Shown: positions 1-14,729 of the stretch, piece by piece
Position numbering within the stretch: position 1 is the stretch's first letter
Layout of the letters: every line of letters begins with the position of its first letter
Origin: Clostridia bacterium
GTDB lineage: Bacteria > Bacillota > Clostridia > JAAYHZ01
DNA length: 64,000 nt
Assembly (NCBI GenBank): GCA_050950825.1
Contig: JBMNIH010000005.1
Location: forward strand, 1-64,000
Direction: 5' to 3'
The notes under the pieces: generated by a model
What the model was told of the DNA's origin: nothing
What the model saw: the letters and a program-made list of their open reading frames with translations, nothing else
The model's database searches: none
Translations under genes and position numbers: made by a program

Positions 1-985
1 TGTCGCTTACAATGTTGGGCTTAACGGCGTAATCGGTAATCAATTGAACTTTGTTGTCTTTCGAGCAGGTTTCCGATACCTCAAGTACATAGCCGCTTTG
101 CCCTTTATTGCCTTTCTTTCGATAGGTGGCGTCCTCGTCATAGGCGGATTGAAGCGAATCGGACGAGATTTCTTTGCTCTTCTTCGGTACAAGGTTACCG
201 TTTTTATCGGTCTCCGACTGTTCTTTGATGAACCGTTCCAGTATGCGAACTTCGTCCGATTCTTTCTTGTCGGGCAGTTCCTTCAATATCTTGAGAGCTT
301 CCGCGCTCATAGACAAAAGCGTCGTAAGCCTGCTTTCCGTATCGACGGTTCTTACCTTATGCAGCATTTCGGTTTTGAAATCCTTTTCAAGAACCTTCCC
401 CATTGATTCGGGTCTTTGTTCTTTCGGAATGGCTTTTACCCCTTTCTCCAATACGTCGTAAGCCAATGCCAATCGACCCGCTTTCTTGATATTGCTTACG
501 AACATGGTCGTATCGGTTCTTTGTTCGTCGAGCGAGGTTCCCGTCAGTTTCGCAAAATTCCTCAGTAACTCTATGAATTGACCGAATAAGAGGTTTTCGT
601 CCTCGGGATGCTCTGTCAAATATTCATATACTCTTTCCCGAAAGTAATACAGCGTTCTTTCCGATATGTAAATCTCGCCAAGCGTTTTCCCTCCGACGGC
701 ATAAGTCGTTTGATAATCAAGATATAGGGAATCCAAAAGATCTTGATCATTCAGATCTTTCATATACTTGATATATTCCAAAGACAGCAATATATTCACA
801 GGTGTATTCGGTCTGCCTGTCTTGCTGTACAATTTCGCAAAAGGTTCTTCGTTGATATGGCAAAATACATGTTCATAGAATACAGGTGCCCAAGATTTTT
901 TAAATCTTTCGCGTGCTTTTTCATGCATCCAATCGAGACTTGAGAAAATCGGTTGTTGTTTATGTGAATCGTTTGCTCTGAACAT
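1..985 (-). mobile_element. DDE transposase, IS1182/IS5-like (5' part only; runs off window start)
   Basis: Not in ORF track. Manual translation from ATG 985 (GGAG RBS): MFRANDSHKQQPIF...GRPNTPVNILLSLEYIK...ISERTLYYFRERV...RTDTTMFVSNIKK...LQSAYDEDATYRKKGNKGQSGY; DUF772-like N-terminus plus DDE-type motifs; open to base 1. Confidence 0.85.
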
Positions 986-1140
986 AAAATATATCTCCGG
1001 AAAATTCAAAATATGGATTAATGAAACATATCTATTTTACCATAAAACCTGTCTCAAGTCTAGTGTTTTCAAGTGTTTCGAGGCTTTTTAAGAGCCCTTT
1101 ATGAAATTTTCTAGGTACATTAATTGTATAGATTTACTTG

Positions 1141-1159
1141 AGTTTTTGCAGTAGAATCA
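1141..1159 (-). repeat. candidate left terminal inverted repeat of the IS
   Basis: Minus strand TGATTCTACTGCAAAAACT lies between the transposase upstream region and the AraC stop; the partner end is outside the window, so unverified. Confidence 0.35.
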
Positions 1160-1189
1160 TTAATACTATTGAAAAAACAAATGATACTC

Positions 1190-2125
1190 TTACTTTTTGC
1201 AAAGCCTTTGACGGTATTCTCCGGGCGTACAGTTGTTCATTTTTTTAAAGGTATGATAAAAATTACTTTCTGAATCATAGCCGACTTTTTTCGATATTTC
1301 ATTCACGGATAGATCCGTACTTTCCAAATATTTTTTTGCCGCTTCCATGCGTATTTCGATTAATTTTTGCATGAAGGTCATGTTGTATTTGTCTCTCATA
1401 ATACGATTCAGCTGACGGATACTGACATGAAGCTGATTTGCCAGCTGCTCCGCCGTTATATCCCGGTGGTAGCCGGTATCAAAGAATTTTTCTATGATAA
1501 GGGTTTTTTTCTCGTCTACCGACCCGAAAGGAACCCTGTAATCTGCCTTTTTACCGGAGAGGATATCTCGAACAATTTGAATCAACAGCAATTTGAAAAT
1601 GGACTGTACCCTCGAATAGTACCCCACTTGAAGATTTTGAAGCTCTTTGCGAATTTCATTTAACAGAAAAAGATGATCTTTTATACCTTTTTGACTAAAA
1701 AAACGAATGCTTTTAAAGGCATCCAATATATTTCTCTCCTCTTCTTCTTCGGGATATATACTATTTTCCGTTTTAAATATTTGGTAGTCGATGAAAAACA
1801 TATATTTATGCACATGATCCTTTGTATTGATCCTTTGCTCGTGATAGACATTAGGAGCAAAGATGTAGTACGTATCGGGATGAATTTGAAGCTCTTTATT
1901 ATCCACAACAATGTTGCTGGTTCCGGAAAGAACATAATGGATTTCATAGATTGCATGATTATGTCTTTCGATGTATTCCACCTCGTAGGGGCTAAAAAAA
2001 TTATTATCCAATATTATGCGGAATACAAGTGTGCCGAACCTTAGTTTCACAATCAGATCGTTTTCATAAGCTAACGATCCGCCGTTATCTTCAGGTACCT
2101 TTTTCCTACCCTTATTTCCATTCAT
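1190..2125 (-). CDS. AraC-family transcriptional regulator (cupin + HTH)
   Basis: HNHAIYEIHYVLSG cupin motif; C-terminal ISKKVGYDSESNFYHTFKK...TPGEYR; start moved to ATG 2125 (AGGGGG RBS). Confidence 0.9.
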   Translation of the reverse strand: MNGNKGRKKVPEDNGGSLAYENDLIVKLRFGTLVFRIILDNNFFSPYEVEYIERHNHAIYEIHYVLSGTSNIVVDNKELQIHPDTYYIFAPNVYHEQRINTKDHVHKYMFFIDYQIFKTENSIYPEEEEERNILDAFKSIRFFSQKGIKDHLFLLNEIRKELQNLQVGYYSRVQSIFKLLLIQIVRDILSGKKADYRVPFGSVDEKKTLIIEKFFDTGYHRDITAEQLANQLHVSIRQLNRIMRDKYNMTFMQKLIEIRMEAAKKYLESTDLSVNEISKKVGYDSESNFYHTFKKMNNCTPGEYRQRLCKK

Positions 2126-2428
2126 TCTATATCCCCCTGACAAAACATCTAAAAGAAAAGACGCAGATTGCCAAAAAGTGTTATATCTCTTTAATACCAT
2201 TATATCATACAATTCATATTAATAAAAACGGGATAGCCGCCGAAGCTATATATAGCCGGGGAGATAATCTCGTATTCCACATGATAATAGACCCCGTTTG
2301 TCTCCCCCCGGCATGTTACAGATAAGACATACGAATCGCCTCTTTAACTTCATGTCAATTCGCAGTTTTCATCTTCTAATTTAATTTTCCGTCACCATTT
2401 TGAAAGCTTAAAAAGAAAAGTAAATTGT

Positions 2429-3252
2429 CTAATCCGGAATTTCTATATCTTTAACACGTTCAATCCAACCGCGAAGCCATTTTTCCGAGGGAAGCCCTAC
2501 GCCCATAACGCAATTGGTGCATATGATAAGGCCGTCCGCTCGACCTTCTTTCAATAGCTTCAGGCCGTATTCGCATTGAAGCTCCATATACTCATTCGGT
2601 ACAGGCATGCCTGACGGATAATCGAGCAGATATATTCCCAACAGCTTTTTCTTATCGGGAATAATTTTTCCGTAAATTCGAAGTTATCCGATATCCGCTT
2701 CAGGTTCCGATACTCCCATGTCCATAAGGTCAAACCGTCGATAAATTGCATCACTTTCGGATCTATGGCTTGAAAATGATGGGTATACCAAACCACATAC
2801 AATTCCATAGGACGATTCGCTTTGCTTAATTTTTCTCTTATGCTTTTCAAGTCGTTATATATTCTTTCATTCGCATCGGAGTCGTTTGTTAAAAATATGT
2901 TGAAATAATCGTCTAGAAAAGCTCCCGTAATATTCGGATATTTTTCGGCAAGATCGCATATGAATTCTTCTTCGTTACCGATCCGAAAGCCGCCAGATCC
3001 CGTAATACTCCACAACACTTTTTTCATACGACAAAAGCTTTCGGCATAGCCGTAAGCATCGGCGGAAAACGGAACCGGTATACCGTCCGAATTCACGAGT
3101 ATCATGTTGGGTATATCCAGCATGAAAGCGCCTTCGGCAGGAGTTATTCTTGACCATCGTGTGAAACGATGTTCACTGCTTTTGCCAAGCCAAATATCGT
3201 CATCATGAGCGCGACTTCCAAACATCCAAAGCTTATCTCTTACTGTTGCCAT
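2429..3252 (-). pseudogene. conserved-looking hypothetical (possible TIM barrel) split by a 1-nt frameshift
   Basis: ORFs 2560-3252 and 2429-2641 join into about 274 aa if one base is added near 2657 (EKLFP-DKKKLLGIY). Confidence 0.7.
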
Positions 3253-3446
3253 TGTAATCTCACCTTTCCGGTATTCTGTATTATGATATTTAATATATCA
3301 TATTTATATTTACTTTTAGGGTTTTGTTTTGAAATAAATAGAGAGTTGTAAGCGATGCCGCGATCATATTATGGCTTTCTATTCGTTACGGTATTTTATT
3401 CTTCTTCCATATTTGACATAATGGAGATATCAAGAATAAAGGCGGT

Positions 3447-4823
3447 GTGAACATGGATCAAAAAACCGTTCCTGTCGGCAATCGTATGGAAATGTTTGTC
3501 GATGATTATTTAATTGATTGTAAAAAGAGGTCTTTTTTACGTCTGAATCCTCCCCTTCGCCGTGAAATTGTACTGGATATGGACCGGCCTTGGGAAGGTA
3601 AAGGAAGCGGTATCTATTCCGTCGTATTCCAAGACGGAGATGTTTACAAAATGTATTACCGAGCAACTTTCCCGGAGAATGAAAACGATTTGACCGAAGG
3701 ACAGGGGTGCGCCTATGCGGAAAGCCGTGACGGCATCCGATGGGAGAAACCGAAGCTCGGCATCGTTCGATACAAAGGGCAGGATACCAACATGGTTTTT
3801 ACCGGACCTTTGGCTCACAATTTCAGCCCGTTCTTAGATAAGAATCCCTTATGCAAAAAGGACGAAAAATACAAAGCCGTTGCGGGTAATTACAAGACGG
3901 GGCTTATCGGTTTTTGCTCGGAGGACGGCCTTCGTTGGCGAAAGATCAAGGAGGAGCCTTTATTTACAAAAGGCGCTTTCGATTCCCACAACACGGTTTT
4001 TTACGATACGAACAAAAATCGTTATGTATGCTACTCCCGATATTTTGATTCGGGAAATCAAAAAGACGGACCGTTCAAAGGCGTCCGAGCCATTCAAAGC
4101 AACGAATCCTCCGACTTTTTAAACTGGTCGGAGCCCATACCTAATAGCTACAACGAAGATGTCCCCGTCGAGCATCTATATACAAACGCCGCCGTTTTGT
4201 GCCCGGGAGCAGAGCATATTTACTTATCATTTCCCATGCGGTTCGTTCCTCATCGCCATAAGGTAAAAGATCATTCCAAACCCGGTGTATCGGACAACGT
4301 TATCTTTTCCGGAAGAGACGGAAAGCATTGGTTTCGCCCCTTTTTGGAAAGCTGGCTGAAGCCGGGGCTCGATCAAAAAAACTGGACCCAAAGAAGCCTG
4401 ATCGTTGCCCAAGGGATCCTAAAAACCGGAGACGAGTTTTCTCTTTTTGTCAACGAGCATTATTATCACGACACCGCTCGAATTCGAAGAGTCACGGTTC
4501 CTTTGTTTCGCCTCGCTTCCGTTTATGCCGATCGATTTGGAGGAACTTTCCTAACGAAGCCTTTCGTCTTGGAAGGAAGCCGCTTGGTCCTCAATTATGC
4601 AACAAGCGCTCCCGGTTTGGTCAAGGTCGGCCTGCAGGATGAAGAAAAACGGTTTTTCGAAGGGTTTTCCTGCTCGGATTGCGATGAAATCTACGGCGAC
4701 GAATTGGAAAAAACCGTTACGTGGAACGGTTCCGAGGATATAGGGAAATTAAAGGGCAAAGTCGTAAGGCTTTTCTTTGAGCTTGCGGATGCGGATGTCT
4801 ATGCATTTCAAATCCGTCCGTAA
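3447..4823 (+). CDS. five-bladed beta-propeller glycoside-hydrolase-like protein (GH32/GH43/GH130 clan-like)
   Basis: Repeated AESRDGIRW, SEDGLRW, SSDFLNWS, GRDGKHW blade motifs; no signal peptide. Confidence 0.65.
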   Translation: MNMDQKTVPVGNRMEMFVDDYLIDCKKRSFLRLNPPLRREIVLDMDRPWEGKGSGIYSVVFQDGDVYKMYYRATFPENENDLTEGQGCAYAESRDGIRWEKPKLGIVRYKGQDTNMVFTGPLAHNFSPFLDKNPLCKKDEKYKAVAGNYKTGLIGFCSEDGLRWRKIKEEPLFTKGAFDSHNTVFYDTNKNRYVCYSRYFDSGNQKDGPFKGVRAIQSNESSDFLNWSEPIPNSYNEDVPVEHLYTNAAVLCPGAEHIYLSFPMRFVPHRHKVKDHSKPGVSDNVIFSGRDGKHWFRPFLESWLKPGLDQKNWTQRSLIVAQGILKTGDEFSLFVNEHYYHDTARIRRVTVPLFRLASVYADRFGGTFLTKPFVLEGSRLVLNYATSAPGLVKVGLQDEEKRFFEGFSCSDCDEIYGDELEKTVTWNGSEDIGKLKGKVVRLFFELADADVYAFQIRP

Positions 4824-5141
4824 GCAATATCTCAATTGTAAAAATAAAGATGCACCAAAAGATGGACTCCTTCTCGGAAGCCGGAGCATAAGCTAAAGGT
4901 AGGACAAGAGAAACCCTGAATGCATATGTCGGGGATGCGACCGCCGGAACCCGTTAGTATCGGAACCCGATTTATACATACTTCTTTGGTAATTGTGGAA
5001 GGGGCTTTGCCCAACCGGTATGTGTGAAATTACGGACGTCAATTGTTAAATGTAACGTTATTTATAATGGTAGTACTAAGGGTAGATTTACTTTTGCAAT
5101 TCAGTCCTGTAAGCCTTACCCTTTTTTAGAACACTTCATGC

Positions 5142-5171
5142 TTGATAGTTAAATTGGATTTATGGTATTAT
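5142..5171 (+). promoter_or_regulatory. sigmaA-type promoter of the atp operon
   Basis: TTGATA-N18-TATTAT with extended -10 TG. Confidence 0.55.
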
Positions 5172-5241
5172 CTATATGATTAAAAGCAGGTGCTCTTTAC
5201 TTTTTATCGGAGCACCGTGTTTTTCACAAGGGGGTTGCGAC

Positions 5242-5487
5242 TTGAATAAGCCGTACGATAATGATAGAAAATCGAATAGAAACGAAATCTTACAAGCCTT
5301 AACCCTATTTTCCCAGCTGGGGATTAGACTGGCGGCAACCGTTTTTGTCGGCGTCCTTATTGGCAAGTATCTGGATCGTTTATTAGGCACTGCTCCTTGG
5401 CTGTTATTGATTTTTTCATTGTTAGGAGCGGCAGCTGCCATGAAGGTACTTTTTGACTTCGTTAACAAAGAAGAACAGAAGCCTTAA
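5242..5487 (+). CDS. atpZ: AtpZ/AtpI-family small membrane protein
   Basis: Two TM helices, GKYLDRLLGTAPW motif; TTG start after AAGGGGG. Confidence 0.8.
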   Translation: MNKPYDNDRKSNRNEILQALTLFSQLGIRLAATVFVGVLIGKYLDRLLGTAPWLLLIFSLLGAAAAMKVLFDFVNKEEQKP

Positions 5488-5513
5488 AGAGACTTAGGAA
5501 AAAGAGAGGTATT

Positions 5514-5882
5514 ATGAAATTATCGGATTTGGCAAAGAGAATGATTTGGACCATACTGATTATCGGATTCGTTTTTATCATAGGATCCGTAATCTACTAT
5601 CGCTCTTTGGATTTTCTCCCCTTCTTCTTTGGCGTTTCATTAGGCTCTGTTGTCAGTATCGTAAAAGTGTTCCTTCTTGATAATACCGTGAACAAAGCTT
5701 TAAGCATGGACAAAACCGGAGCGGGAAAATACGTCTCTTTGCAGTATTTTATCCGTTTTTTTCTTACCGGTGTCGTACTATATATCGGTGCCGTAGTACC
5801 TGATATTAATTTATGGGGTGTCGCCGCCGGAGTTATTGCTTTTCAATTGGCAACATACGGTATAAAATTCGCGAACAAATAG
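5514..5882 (+). CDS. atpI: ATP synthase subunit I
   Basis: Four hydrophobic segments, YFIRF motif, position before atpB. Confidence 0.8.
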   Translation: MKLSDLAKRMIWTILIIGFVFIIGSVIYYRSLDFLPFFFGVSLGSVVSIVKVFLLDNTVNKALSMDKTGAGKYVSLQYFIRFFLTGVVLYIGAVVPDINLWGVAAGVIAFQLATYGIKFANK

Positions 5883-5896
5883 GTGGTGATTCGATA

Positions 5897-6574
5897 TTGG
5901 ATTTGAATATTAAGAACATATGGGTTTTGAATATCGGAGGACAGGAAGTATGGATTACCGAAACCATCGTAAACACATGGATAATCATGCTCATCCTCAT
6001 TGCTCTGGCAATCTTTGTACGCATAAAGCTTCGTTCGTTTAAAACCGTACCTGAAGGCGTGCAAAATGTCATTGAAACCATTGTCGAAATATATGATTCC
6101 TTCGCCTTAGATGCTTTAGGCGATAAACTTTCATACCATGCCCCTTGGTTCTTTACCGTTTTTGCCTTTATTCTCTCATCCTCCATATTCAGTATCTACG
6201 GTCTTCGAGCACCTACGGCGGATTGGGCCACCACCTTTGCTTTGGCTCTTGCCTCTTTGATGCTTATGTTCTATACGGGCTTCCGCCACCGTAAGTTCGC
6301 ATATTTGAAAAGCTTTGTGGAACCGAACATTCTTTTCTTGCCTTTAAATCTGATTGGGGAATTGTCAAAGCCGATATCCATGAGCTTTCGTCTATTCGGA
6401 AACATGCTTTCCGGTACTATTATTTTAACCTTGTACTACGGACTGACACCGTATATCGCACAAATCGGTATCCCGATATTTTTCCATGCATTTTTTGACG
6501 TCTTATTCGGTGCTCTGCAAGCCTATATTTTCGTCATGCTGAGCCTGATGTATATACGGAATGCATCGGAATAG
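5897..6574 (+). CDS. atpB: ATP synthase F0 subunit a
   Basis: PTAD, SFRLFGNM (stator Arg), LQAYIF; TTG start after AGGTGG. Confidence 0.95.
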   Translation: MDLNIKNIWVLNIGGQEVWITETIVNTWIIMLILIALAIFVRIKLRSFKTVPEGVQNVIETIVEIYDSFALDALGDKLSYHAPWFFTVFAFILSSSIFSIYGLRAPTADWATTFALALASLMLMFYTGFRHRKFAYLKSFVEPNILFLPLNLIGELSKPISMSFRLFGNMLSGTIILTLYYGLTPYIAQIGIPIFFHAFFDVLFGALQAYIFVMLSLMYIRNASE

Positions 6575-6678
6575 CATAAGCGATACAAAATTGAGAACGG
6601 TATTTAATATTTTTTATATTTAATATATAATATAGCTAAAAAGAAACGGAATATACGGATGAATGGAGGAAATATTAC

Positions 6679-6972
6679 ATGCTGGAAGCATTAGCAAGTG
6701 TCGAAGCATTAGCAAGTGTCATTAATGTAGCGCAAATAGCCGCAGCCATTGTTCTTTTTAACGGAGTATTGACGGTATTTGGTCAGGCAAAAATCGCATC
6801 CCAAGCCATCGAAACCATCGGCAGGCAGCCGGAGGCCGCCAATTCGATTCGCAGTGTCATGTTCGTCAGTTTAGCCATTGCCGAGACATCCGGTATCTAC
6901 GGACTTTTAATTGCCATCATATTGCTGTTTGCGAATCCATTACTTAATACTTTTCTCAGGTATATTGGATAA
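6679..6972 (+). CDS. atpE: ATP synthase F0 subunit c, Na+-type signature
   Basis: RQPEA loop; GQ...AETSGIY; LFANP end. Confidence 0.95.
   Translation: MLEALASVEALASVINVAQIAAAIVLFNGVLTVFGQAKIASQAIETIGRQPEAANSIRSVMFVSLAIAETSGIYGLLIAIILLFANPLLNTFLRYIG
6685..6720 (+). repeat. perfect 18-bp tandem duplication in atpE
   Basis: GAAGCATTAGCAAGTGTC x2 (EALASV-EALASV). Confidence 0.95.
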
Positions 6973-7023
6973 AAGACCGTGGGGAAAACCGGGCGAATGT
7001 CAAAGGTAAGGAGGTCGTTTTCG

Positions 7024-7559
7024 TTGCATAGCATGATATTGGCTCAAACCGAGGTTGCCGGACGCGTATTCGGTTTAGATACCCAAACCTTCATCAGCAT
7101 TGTCATACAATTGTTCAACGGTATTCTTTTGGCCGTTGTTTTAGGTCGTTTATTTTACAAGCCCGTCAAGGAGTTTTTGCAAAAGCGCTCGGACAATATC
7201 AGGAGCAAAATCGAAAGTGCAGATAAAACGATGGACAAAGCCAATGAACTTATCGCCGAATACGAGAAAAAATTAAAAGAGATTGAAAAACAGCGGTTGG
7301 AGGTTATGGAAGCCGCATTGCAATCGGCGGCCGAGGAAAGCAAAAAGATTCTCGAAGAAGCCCGAAAAGAAGCGAATGAAATAAAGCGGCGTTCGTTAGA
7401 AAGCGTTGCGGAAGACAAAAAGCGTCTTAACGAAGAAGCCCGCCTTTATATCATTGAGGTCGCTTCCAAAATGGCTGAGAAATATGTTTCCCGGCAAATG
7501 GACGATGAAACCCAAGACAAACTTTTCCAAGAAGCTTTGGCGAAGCTGGAGGATGCTCA

Positions 7560-7572
<13 letters not shown>
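7024..7572 (+). CDS. atpF: ATP synthase F0 subunit b
   Basis: N-terminal TM, YKPV..F..KR, long coiled coil; start after AAGGAGG. Confidence 0.92.
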
Positions 7573-9607
<2,035 letters not shown>

Positions 9608-9619
9608 GGAGGTAATTTC

Positions 9620-12336
<2,717 letters not shown>

Positions 12337-12340
12337 ACGG

Positions 12341-12370
12341 AAGGATTGCCCTTTAGGAGCAATCCTTTTT
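12341..12370 (+). terminator. intrinsic terminator after atp operon, overlapping the convergent stop codon
   Basis: AAGGATTGC...GCAATCCTT followed by T run. Confidence 0.7.
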
Positions 12371-13657
12371 CATTAATCGATCGATACATTCTTTGATCAA
12401 AGGCTCCGAATCCTCGGCCACCTTCGTAACTTTCGGTCCGGTTTCGTACCCTCCCTCGAAGTAGGACTTTTTCGTTCCGATATAGCTTGTTCCGTATTCG
12501 CCGTAAGCCGCCATGCAAACCTTGTACTCGGGGTACTTTTCTTCGGCATACAGCTGGTACTCGATAAAAAGCTCTCCCGGCATATGCAGAATCTTGACAT
12601 CGTTTATGGACAAGGCGCTGACTGCGATATAGGGGTTTTGATCGCACCACTCATACCAAGCCAATTTTCGAGAAGCGCTCAATAAGTCTCTTTCCTCGGA
12701 AGAAGGGTTCTTTAATATGTTCAGGCATTCTTCTTTTCCGAATCTTTCGTCTATAGGCAATCGTAAAAGGTCGGTGGTATAGCAAAAGCTTTCTACCGGT
12801 TTTTTCGCGGTGCTATCCCAAGCCTCCTTCATGCCGCTTAGCAAGCGATTGGCCAGATCAAAGCGGTTCTTTTTCTCCCCGTCATTGTATTTCCCCGCCG
12901 TAATGTTCCCTCCCGCTCCGTTAAAATATATATGAGGGGCTCTTGTTACGGTCTCGGAGAACATATTACGCGCCATTCCCACAAAATCGGAAGAGCACAT
13001 GGCGGTTCTGTAATAGCTCATGGGATGGGTGGCGTAATAGCTGACGGAAGCCAGTAAAAGGTCATCGCTCCAAAAAGTAATCAGGTCCAAATACGGATCG
13101 ATCAAGCCTTCGGGAATCGCCCTGACTAAAGGATCCTTACAGGAGGAGTACCTCGTATACTTGATTTTTCCGTCCTCCCCTACGATTCTTCGGTTGGAGG
13201 CCACTTCCTTTACTTTTCCCTTTCCGTATCCGATGTGGGTAATCGCCCGGGCCCGAGAAGCCGCTTCACGGCAGGCTTTTGCCGCATTCTCGCACAGTCT
13301 TTCCAAAAGCTTCGGATCGTAATACTGCTCGGCCAACGAATCTTTACCGAATCGCATCAGTACTTCGCGAGCCGACTCGTTGCTGTGAGGTGCGTCGTGA
13401 AAATGGGTAGTGTGCACCGTCACGTTGTCTTTTTTCGTCCCGACGGAAGAAGCAATGGATTTTTTCAGCCTCTCCCGGCTTTCGCAGGCAATACCGATCC
13501 AGTCCAAAGAGCAAATGACAACGGGGTCTTTTCCTTCCGGGAGGAAAACAAAACCCTTTAAGTACAAAGGATCGTCAACGGCAATTTGAATGTCATAAGC
13601 CAAAGGAGTTCCCGTTAACGGAGTGGCATCAACGGCAAAATACGAGCCTTTCAACAT
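12353..13657 (-). CDS. neutral/alkaline ceramidase N-terminal-like metallo-amidohydrolase
   Basis: TTHFHDAP, YATHP, GAGGNI, PGELFIEY motifs. Confidence 0.65.
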   Translation of the reverse strand: MLKGSYFAVDATPLTGTPLAYDIQIAVDDPLYLKGFVFLPEGKDPVVICSLDWIGIACESRERLKKSIASSVGTKKDNVTVHTTHFHDAPHSNESAREVLMRFGKDSLAEQYYDPKLLERLCENAAKACREAASRARAITHIGYGKGKVKEVASNRRIVGEDGKIKYTRYSSCKDPLVRAIPEGLIDPYLDLITFWSDDLLLASVSYYATHPMSYYRTAMCSSDFVGMARNMFSETVTRAPHIYFNGAGGNITAGKYNDGEKKNRFDLANRLLSGMKEAWDSTAKKPVESFCYTTDLLRLPIDERFGKEECLNILKNPSSEERDLLSASRKLAWYEWCDQNPYIAVSALSINDVKILHMPGELFIEYQLYAEEKYPEYKVCMAAYGEYGTSYIGTKKSYFEGGYETGPKVTKVAEDSEPLIKECIDRLMKKDCS

Positions 13658-13790
13658 AACAATCCCTCTTTTCGTCTAAAAATTGCAATTGGCATCTATA
13701 TTTTACCATTCCGAAGCCGGTTGCAAAGGATTTTCCGGTATAATTAGTGAAATAAAAATACGTGACAACATAAGTGTGAGGATGATCTAT

Positions 13791-14720
13791 ATGATTAAAC
13801 CGAAAACATTGAAAAAAGGGGACTTAATCGGAATCACGGCTCCTTCCGGAGCGGTGGAAGACCCGAGTGTCGTCTATGAAGCGGAGAAAGGCTTGAAGGC
13901 ATTGGGCTTTGAAGTGAAGATCGCGAAAAGCTGCTTTCAAAAATACGGATACTTAGCGGGACGAGACGAAGAACGGGCCCGGGACTTAAATCGCCTGTTC
14001 CAAGACAAGGACGTATCCGGTATCTTATGTATCAAAGGCGGCTACGGTGCAACCCGAATACTGGATATGCTGGATTACGATATGATCCGCGAAAATCCCA
14101 AGGCTTTCATCGGCTACAGCGATATTACCGCATTGCATTTGGCTTTTCATAAATACTGCGATTTGGTTACCTTCCACGGTCCCGTAGGCTATGACGTAAC
14201 CCCTTCCTTTGAAGAATACTCCAAATCCTTCTTTTTAAAAGCCCTGACTACAGGCCGGCCCGTAGGAGAGCTTTTTAATCCCCCGGACCGAGAAATCCGG
14301 TGCTTTTATCCTGGAAAAGCGAAAGGCCCCCTCATCGGAGGGAACCTTTCTCTCGTTGCCGCTACCATCGGCACGAAATATGAAATCGATACCAAAGGGA
14401 AGCTCCTTCTTTTGGAGGACATCGACGAAAGGCCGTATCGAGTGGACCGTATGCTGACGCAGCTTTTGATGGCCGGAAAGCTTCACGATTGCAGCGGCAT
14501 CATCTTGGGCGATTGGAAAAACTGCGATCCGGAATACCCCGAAAAAAGCTTGTCCTTAACGGAAATCTTCAACGATATCCTATTGCCTTTGAAAAAGCCG
14601 ACCCTCTCCAATCTGGCCGCAGGCCATTGCACCCGGAAGCTGACGGTGCCTTTCGGAGCGGAAGCGGTGTTAGATGCCGACGCCGGCACCCTTACCGTAA
14701 TCGAATCGGCTACATCTTAA
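13791..14720 (+). CDS. LD-carboxypeptidase, peptidase S66
   Basis: GGYG, GYSDIT (catalytic Ser), GGNLS, LED..E, GH. Confidence 0.93.
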   Translation: MIKPKTLKKGDLIGITAPSGAVEDPSVVYEAEKGLKALGFEVKIAKSCFQKYGYLAGRDEERARDLNRLFQDKDVSGILCIKGGYGATRILDMLDYDMIRENPKAFIGYSDITALHLAFHKYCDLVTFHGPVGYDVTPSFEEYSKSFFLKALTTGRPVGELFNPPDREIRCFYPGKAKGPLIGGNLSLVAATIGTKYEIDTKGKLLLLEDIDERPYRVDRMLTQLLMAGKLHDCSGIILGDWKNCDPEYPEKSLSLTEIFNDILLPLKKPTLSNLAAGHCTRKLTVPFGAEAVLDADAGTLTVIESATS

Positions 14721-14729
14721 AAGCCTTCG

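Noticed and set aside
44-943. Plus-strand ORFs 44-406, 174-461, 743-943
   Set aside because: Antisense shadows of the minus-strand transposase
4832-5014. 60-aa minus ORF
   Set aside because: TTG start, no RBS, no recognisable motif
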